DNA from: a virus
Virus record (IMG/VR): IMGVR_UViG_3300027987_000382
Coordinates: 64,001 to 128,000 of that record
Strand: one strand, 5' to 3'
Length of the DNA stretch: 64,000 bases
Positions 58,523 to 64,000 of this stretch are shown here, one piece after another. The notes under the pieces were generated by a model. That model was not told where the DNA came from. It searched no databases and saw nothing but the letters and a program-made list of their open reading frames with translations. Position numbers and translations under genes: made by a program. How positions within the stretch are numbered: the stretch's first letter is position 1; every line of letters starts with the position of its first letter.

Positions 58523-59008
58523 ATGATCAACGAACACGAACTTGGCGAGCGACTTGGCAACATCATCAAACATGGTGATTGGATCAAGCCCAAGCTCGAC
58601 CGGCTCCAGCCGTGGGCTCGCAAACTTGTTGCAACCTTCTTCGACCGACACGGTATCGGCTGGCAAGTCAGCAAAGAGAAAGTGAACGAAGCCCTCGTCG
58701 TGAAAATCGACGATCCTCGAATCAAGTACATGCTCGTACTGCCACACCAATGCTACGCCGGGCAACAATGTGACCAATTCTACTGGATGATCGGAGATGA
58801 TCCCAATAATGATGATCACTCAATCCATCCAGACCAAGCCTCGGCCTACCTGATGGCCAGAGAATTTCCAGGAATAAAGATCACCGACGAACGCGGCGAC
58901 GACGGCTCCTGTATTTCCACCATGGAGATGCCAGAAGGTAACAAAATCGTTATCGCCTTCCCACCAGGGACGTTCTCGGACAAGACCTATGCTCCGAAGG
59001 ATTCTTAA
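58523..59008 (+). CDS. hypothetical protein
   Basis: GGAG RBS, 161 aa. Confidence 0.7.
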   Translation: MINEHELGERLGNIIKHGDWIKPKLDRLQPWARKLVATFFDRHGIGWQVSKEKVNEALVVKIDDPRIKYMLVLPHQCYAGQQCDQFYWMIGDDPNNDDHSIHPDQASAYLMAREFPGIKITDERGDDGSCISTMEMPEGNKIVIAFPPGTFSDKTYAPKDS

Positions 59009-59375
59009 ATTCCTGACAGCTTGGTTCCAGAGCAAGCAAGAGCCGCGAAAACTCTTGTGGCATGAAGTCAAGAGACGAACTACACAGAACGGTGTTCAAC
59101 TCACACCACAAGAGTTCGCGATCATCGGACAATGCCTTTGTCCAGATTGCGGCAGCAAACTGCTGAAAGGACCAGAAGGAGGTGGCTCAGTCAACGTCTA
59201 CTGTGCAAACGACAAAGACTGTGGAAGCCGCTACAACCTGATGGGCTGGATCGGAGCAGAACGGATTAATGACAGCCGAGGATCAATGACCCTCGTCGAG
59301 ACATTTAAGCCTCATCGTACTCCGGCAACCGCTCGGTCGGATGCAGCGAGATCTTGTCACGCTTCGCACCAGTGA
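58989..59375 (+). CDS. Zn-ribbon hypothetical protein
   Basis: CPDC...GP.GG.S.N..C....C. Confidence 0.6.
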   Translation: MLRRILKFLTAWFQSKQEPRKLLWHEVKRRTTQNGVQLTPQEFAIIGQCLCPDCGSKLLKGPEGGGSVNVYCANDKDCGSRYNLMGWIGAERINDSRGSMTLVETFKPHRTPATARSDAARSCHASHQ

Positions 59376-59712
59376 GCAGCTCCTGAATACCGTCAAGAAT
59401 CTCAGCGAGATTCACGATCTTCAGCTCCTCGTTCTTCCACAGAAGACGAGCATTCTCCAGATCAACGATCACACGGAGATTCTTCCGGCCAGCCCCCTTG
59501 CCCGACTTCTCCCACGAATCCGTGGTGAAGTCACGGACCTTGAGCTTCGCCGTGATCTCGATATCAGCCCTCGGGTCTGACAGAGGATGGCCGTTCTTCG
59601 AGCGGACTTCGACGGTGCACATTTCGGCATGAGGCCGCATACACCGGATGGTTCCCAGATTCACTCTGGTTTCCTTCTCGAATTCCTCGTTGATAGTTCG
59701 CTTGATCGCCAT
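59305..59712 (-). CDS. hypothetical protein
   Basis: AAGGA RBS, 135 aa. Confidence 0.65.
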   Translation of the reverse strand: MAIKRTINEEFEKETRVNLGTIRCMRPHAEMCTVEVRSKNGHPLSDPRADIEITAKLKVRDFTTDSWEKSGKGAGRKNLRVIVDLENARLLWKNEELKIVNLAEILDGIQELLTGAKRDKISLHPTERLPEYDEA

Positions 59713-59786
59713 CGTTTGATCCTTAGAGACTTGTGATGTCCCTATGTTGCAGCTCCTGGCCCAAAGTTAATTGCCATGTCCTACCT

Positions 59787-59818
59787 GCAACAATACCTCG
59801 GGACCACCATGAGGTATT
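59787..59818. promoter_or_regulatory. divergent promoter region with inverted GAGGTATT boxes
   Basis: AATACCTC (59792-59799) and GAGGTATT (59811-59818) between divergent genes; GCAACAAT at 59787. Confidence 0.45.
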
Positions 59819-59829
59819 AGGGTAATAGA

Positions 59830-60228
59830 ATGCCAAGAAAGAATGAGTACAGCCTAAGAGCCGCCGTCATACTATTTTCGCTGATTCCGCACACCGGCAA
59901 AGAAAAGTTGCAGGTCTGGCAAGCAGGGAACAGGTGGACTACCAAAGACGGTAAAGTCAAACAAGCTCGAAAACGCTTCAAAACAGAGGGCATCGCAACG
60001 CACGAAGCTCACCTCAATGGCAAGAACATAACGGAAGCAGGAACTTCGATCGAATCACCGAACGCCAACACCGCCATCATTGTCGCCAGACACGGTGACT
60101 GGAGGCTAATACATAACGAAGAAGAATACAAGATTCTCACCTGGCGTGATCTCGAAGGCGGCGGGACACACCCGGTAGCCAGAAAACACAAAGGCCGCAT
60201 GGTCTACCTACTACGGAAAATCCAATGA
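59830..60228 (+). CDS. hypothetical basic protein
   Basis: 132-aa ORF. Confidence 0.6.
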   Translation: MPRKNEYSLRAAVILFSLIPHTGKEKLQVWQAGNRWTTKDGKVKQARKRFKTEGIATHEAHLNGKNITEAGTSIESPNANTAIIVARHGDWRLIHNEEEYKILTWRDLEGGGTHPVARKHKGRMVYLLRKIQ

Positions 60229-60752
60229 TCTACTGCCCCGGCCGATTCATCTTCATCCACATCCCAAGAACAGCAGGCATCTCAATCACACGAGGACTCG
60301 CCTCAACCGACGTCTGTGATCTCGCCCTCATCAACACCTGCAACACCCCCGCCGAATTCTGGCGACACGTAACCGCAACAGAAGTCAAACCACTCATTCC
60401 GGATTGGGGCGAAATCAAGAAATTCGCCTTCTACAGATCGGATCACGACATCTACGAATCCGACTACCGCCTCCACAAAAGCTGTATCAAAGACATAGAC
60501 TCCTGGCCAGACGTCTCAATGCTCTCCGACTGGAAGAAAAGCGTGCTCCAGTCCAATGATGAGTCATTCCAACAGTTCATCCAAAGACATTGGGTGCCCT
60601 GGCTCGGTCAAGACCGCACCGTCTGGGAACACTGGACGACACACGAATTCGAACGATTCAAGTTCGACGATCTCATAAACGAATGGAATCGTCTCCTCGA
60701 ATGGCTCGAAATTACCTATGTTCCACTACAGCACTTGAACAGAACGAAATGA
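60225..60752 (+). CDS. sulfotransferase-like protein (Sulfotransfer_2-like, divergent)
   Basis: FIFIHIPRTAG.SI, H..A.E, KFAF.R, HLN.T. Confidence 0.65.
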   Translation: MIYCPGRFIFIHIPRTAGISITRGLASTDVCDLALINTCNTPAEFWRHVTATEVKPLIPDWGEIKKFAFYRSDHDIYESDYRLHKSCIKDIDSWPDVSMLSDWKKSVLQSNDESFQQFIQRHWVPWLGQDRTVWEHWTTHEFERFKFDDLINEWNRLLEWLEITYVPLQHLNRTK

Positions 60753-61066
60753 TCGAAGAAGAAATCCTACAAGGACTCGCCGAAGAACTGTCTGAAAAGC
60801 TATTCGACGCCCAATACGGAGACCCCCACCAAGGCGGCCCTCAAGTACGTGTCAAGGGCAATGAGATTAACACGTATTTTGTCAGAATAAAGGATGGTTG
60901 CTTCGAAATAATCGAGTACAGCTCACTCAGTTGTGATCACACTGACGGCATACCAATCAGGACAATCCCACTTGAGCATCCAAACTCCCTGACAGCTGTA
61001 TTTCGTATATTGGACCGAAAATGCGAATTCGGTAGGACTAGACGACGCCAAGCTTTTAGCTTTTGA
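60749..61066 (+). CDS. hypothetical protein
   Basis: ATGA-coupled start at 60749. Confidence 0.6.
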   Translation: MIEEEILQGLAEELSEKLFDAQYGDPHQGGPQVRVKGNEINTYFVRIKDGCFEIIEYSSLSCDHTDGIPIRTIPLEHPNSLTAVFRILDRKCEFGRTRRRQAFSF

Positions 61067-61075
61067 GGCAGAATC

Positions 61076-61645
61076 ATGGGAAGATCAAAGAACGACGCCG
61101 GTCTCGGCGTGCTCATCATGTTGGCATTTTTCATCATCACACCGTTCGTCGTGCTCGGAGTGACCAGATACTTCAAAGGCATCACACTCGAGCAGAACCT
61201 TACCGGCAAACTCAAGCAAGCCGCCGACGCCAACGGCATCCCACTCGCCCAAAAGAAACTCACTGAATGTATCGCGTGGATGGAAAAGAACGACCTCACA
61301 GAAGGATCGACACACGTCTGGATCAAGACACCAGAATGTGACATCGAATTCTTCTACCAGAACCTCGTCGCCGCCAAGAAAGATCTCGACAACTTCCCGC
61401 TAGAACCGGCAGAGAATGCAACACCAGACGAACGGACCAAGCACGATCTCGCCGAATCCAACCAGCTGATCAAACTCCGCGAGACGCTCCTTGATTCAGG
61501 AGAGCAAGGCACCCACGTCACCTGCCCGCCAAATCTGGCCGTCTACCCAAGCCAAATGTTCTGGTGGTGGGTCTGGCCGCTTGCGTGTATCTGGACCATC
61601 GTGGTAATTATCTTCGGAGCTGTGAATTGGAACTGGAACGTGTAG
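61076..61645 (+). CDS. membrane protein (two terminal TM helices)
   Basis: N- and C-terminal hydrophobic helices; GAGG RBS. Confidence 0.7.
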   Translation: MGRSKNDAGLGVLIMLAFFIITPFVVLGVTRYFKGITLEQNLTGKLKQAADANGIPLAQKKLTECIAWMEKNDLTEGSTHVWIKTPECDIEFFYQNLVAAKKDLDNFPLEPAENATPDERTKHDLAESNQLIKLRETLLDSGEQGTHVTCPPNLAVYPSQMFWWWVWPLACIWTIVVIIFGAVNWNWNV

Positions 61646-61653
61646 GAGCCACC

Positions 61654-61860
61654 ATGGATCGTGACGGACAAGCAGTCATAGCCTACCTCGGAGAAGACCG
61701 CCAAATCTACCTCCACAGTCCGGGCAAATCAATCTGCGAGTTTCCCGCTCGCATCATGCACTTTGGGCAACGCAAAGTCATCTACATCACAGAAGTGCCA
61801 GAAAAGTACGATGGCAAAGGCGTCAAAGCCCCGCCAGGGTACGAAATCGATGGAATCTGA
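61654..61860 (+). CDS. hypothetical protein
   Basis: AGGAG RBS before ATG 61654. Confidence 0.6.
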   Translation: MDRDGQAVIAYLGEDRQIYLHSPGKSICEFPARIMHFGQRKVIYITEVPEKYDGKGVKAPPGYEIDGI

Positions 61861-62200
61861 GATCCTCAAAGCGATCGTTGACCTCATCAACACCAGCCCC
61901 AATCATAACGCTTGGCTGGACAACCACCCCTCTTCCTGGCTCAACGAAGAGGGAGAAGTCATCGCCGGATTCGGGACCGGCATGCCCTGTATCCATATCA
62001 CCGGCCCCGTCGTCGATCACTGGCTGCCGGAAGAAATCAAAATCGAAGGTGTCGTCTTGCACATCGGACCACACAAGTTCGACCTGCAAGACCCACAATC
62101 AACACAGCAAATCGAGAGGATGTTCGGTTGTGACATGGAAGCCAAACCACAGTTCGACCCAATAGACGCGATCAGTAACATGATCGAAGAGGAGATCTAA
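61850..62200 (+). CDS. hypothetical protein
   Basis: Start ATG 61850 overlapping the upstream gene. Confidence 0.6.
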   Translation: MESEILKAIVDLINTSPNHNAWLDNHPSSWLNEEGEVIAGFGTGMPCIHITGPVVDHWLPEEIKIEGVVLHIGPHKFDLQDPQSTQQIERMFGCDMEAKPQFDPIDAISNMIEEEI

Positions 62201-62201
62201 C

Positions 62202-62699
62202 ATGAAGGTTCCGAAAATTCTGCCGATCGTCGTAATCCTTGTCGGTTTCTTCTCCATCCCCATCGCCATCGAAATAGCCCGTCCAGAATCCAAAGTCCCA
62301 TGGTGGTACAACGACTCACAAGTCGGCTGGGACCACGACCACCGCAAAACCCCTGTCGGCTATGACGATATCTCACAATATTTCATCAACTCCCACGGAA
62401 TGCACTACATTCCATGGAAGAAAGACGAAATGTGGTCTTATAGCGGCCTCGCTAGCCGCCGCCACCAATGGATTGGTGATAAACTGCTAGTCCGGACTGT
62501 TGACGGAGAAGAAGGCTTCTTCTCCGGTGGCGGCCACGTCCACCCACCACTCACAGAAGATCCGGCAGAATCCGAAAAGACACTCAAGGACTGCCTCGCC
62601 GCCAACGACAACGGCAAACTCCCTGAAAAGCCCTTCAAAGAGCACCCGTCTGTTGTAGAAATGATCGAAGCATCAGGAGCCACAGTGAAGCGTGACTAG
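62202..62699 (+). CDS. membrane-anchored/secreted hypothetical protein
   Basis: N-terminal hydrophobic helix; GAGGAG RBS. Confidence 0.65.
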   Translation: MKVPKILPIVVILVGFFSIPIAIEIARPESKVPWWYNDSQVGWDHDHRKTPVGYDDISQYFINSHGMHYIPWKKDEMWSYSGLASRRHQWIGDKLLVRTVDGEEGFFSGGGHVHPPLTEDPAESEKTLKDCLAANDNGKLPEKPFKEHPSVVEMIEASGATVKRD

Positions 62700-63447
62700 C
62701 CGCGTCATCATCCTAATACGCCGCTCAAGAGCATACTACCTCGATGGCACGCTACAGCTCCCAAACATGGAAGTCGATAACGAAACCGACTTCTGGCGGC
62801 AATATCACGAGCGGTCAGCCCGAGCAATCGCCTGGTGGAATGAACTATTCAGAACTCCATTTCTGGAGTTCAAACGCAACCTCGCCAAAGTAGCCACCCG
62901 CTACTACGTCCACTCCAATTACGACTGCATTCTGCAGCATCTCGACTACCGCCATCTCACGGCGATAGGGAATCTCCACAACACATGGATTTTCCCTATC
63001 GACGAAGATGACTGGCCCCACCCAGACCTACCCAATATTCTCCGCAAAGTCAACACCAAAAAGTTCGACTACATCCTCTGGGACGTCCACCGCATCTGCG
63101 TCCTCGGCCGCCAATGCGTCAAAGCCGACGTTGACTACTACGACCAGAACATCATCATCTCCAACTCCTACGCCATTCGACCAGAAGAACGCCATGCCCA
63201 CATGGCCTACCACGGCCGCATCGACCACATCATGCGGAAAGAAGACACCCGTACCAAGTACATCAAACGCTCCCTCGGCGTCAAAGTCGACAACCCATCA
63301 AGCCTCTCACTCCTAGTCCGCTGCGAAGACAAGGAAATGCTCGCAACCATCACCCAACAGTTCATAGATGGACTCGATGGGATCAACGTGCCACCAGTAT
63401 TTCAAGGTGGATATGATGCACTCAAAGAGGAGATGAGAAAGCTATGA
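62692..63447 (+). CDS. hypothetical protein, possible GT-A-like fold
   Basis: IFPIDEDDW motif. Confidence 0.55.
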   Translation: MTSRVIILIRRSRAYYLDGTLQLPNMEVDNETDFWRQYHERSARAIAWWNELFRTPFLEFKRNLAKVATRYYVHSNYDCILQHLDYRHLTAIGNLHNTWIFPIDEDDWPHPDLPNILRKVNTKKFDYILWDVHRICVLGRQCVKADVDYYDQNIIISNSYAIRPEERHAHMAYHGRIDHIMRKEDTRTKYIKRSLGVKVDNPSSLSLLVRCEDKEMLATITQQFIDGLDGINVPPVFQGGYDALKEEMRKL

Positions 63448-63644
63448 CAGACTTCCTCAAAATGAACCGAGACGGCCCATCCGAAGTCCGCATCTGCCCA
63501 TTCTGCCTCACTCCATACCGCTCCAAGATTCCCACAAGTCCCTGCCCATTCTGCAGCGACAACGAATCATTCGCCAACGGCTATCTCGCCTGTTGGTACG
63601 ACAACTACGAAGCGATCCAAATAGGGCAAGCAGTACGAAAATAG
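63444..63644 (+). CDS. small Zn-finger protein
   Basis: Two CPFC motifs. Confidence 0.55.
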   Translation: MTDFLKMNRDGPSEVRICPFCLTPYRSKIPTSPCPFCSDNESFANGYLACWYDNYEAIQIGQAVRK

Positions 63645-63708
63645 GACGGGAAGCCTCTCCCTTAACTCACGTCGTGCTTTTGGCGGTCTCGAGGCACCAA
63701 AGGCGGCC

Positions 63709-63748
63709 ACGGAACCAAGCCAAACGGAGGCCAAAGGAGAGCCACGGA
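63709..63748 (+). promoter_or_regulatory. array of four ANGGA motifs in a 5' leader (candidate CsrA operator)
   Basis: ACGGA 63709, ACGGA 63724, AAGGA 63734, ACGGA 63744; ATG at 63751. Confidence 0.5.
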
Positions 63749-63750
63749 GA

Positions 63751-64000
63751 ATGAGCAAAACAATCCTACTGATCGACACCGACAAACTGGACCAATTAGT
63801 CCAAAAGAACCTCGTCGACCCCGGCAACTTCATACGCGGACTCTCCCAAGCCGAAGCAATCCTCCAAAAAGACGGCACCTGGATACTCCGCGAATGCAAC
63901 GGAGCCAATGGCCACGGCCCACCACAAACCCCACCGCCCAACCCAACTGATGGCCAATCCTACACAGAAAACGGCGTCACCTGGATCTGGCACCAACACA
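63751..64000 (+). CDS. hypothetical protein (partial, runs off the window)
   Basis: MSKTILLIDTDKLDQ... open to the window end. Confidence 0.6.
   Translation, partial: MSKTILLIDTDKLDQLVQKNLVDPGNFIRGLSQAEAILQKDGTWILRECNGANGHGPPQTPPPNPTDGQSYTENGVTWIWHQH

Overview
This window is densely coding, with many 1-11 bp overlaps and frequent strand switches, and looks like part of a large (jumbo/huge) dsDNA phage genome rather than a cellular chromosome. It has T4-like genes (gp46/SbcC ATPase, gp55-like sigma factor, a fragment of the gp23 major capsid protein), nucleotide-metabolism genes (thyX, dut, rnhA, nucleoside deoxyribosyltransferase-like, DeoC-like), DNA repair genes (DinG helicase, NucS, SplB-like radical SAM) and many ORFans. 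CsrA and ThyX look Planctomycetota-like by eye, and a sulfatase fits that host. Main points: (1) a purA-family gene with the PurZ signatures (GQWG-S-CGKG, PIRV, NFAN), suggesting 2-aminoadenine (Z) DNA synthesis, flanked by an NDT-like, a degenerate DeoC-like and a TIM-barrel gene instead of datZ/mazZ; (2) two large glycan clusters (about 14.5-24.3 kb and 40.9-51.8 kb) covering heptose, fucose and GlcNAc precursors, about 10 glycosyltransferases, methyltransferases and sulfotransferases, with a sulfatase and a sialidase-like gene outside the clusters; (3) a stand-alone copy of the gp23 'Gol peptide' segment next to an apparently inactive metallopeptidase; (4) phage CsrA with ANGGA-rich leaders; (5) two divergent sigma-like genes and a repeated bipartite promoter GCAACAAT-N13-GTATTGA; (6) a 2363-aa vWA/beta-propeller/repeat protein and a candidate structured ncRNA. 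No tRNA, rRNA, CRISPR array or IS element was seen. All family calls are by-eye motif recognition, not database searches; several starts were moved from the ORF track to downstream RBS-supported codons.
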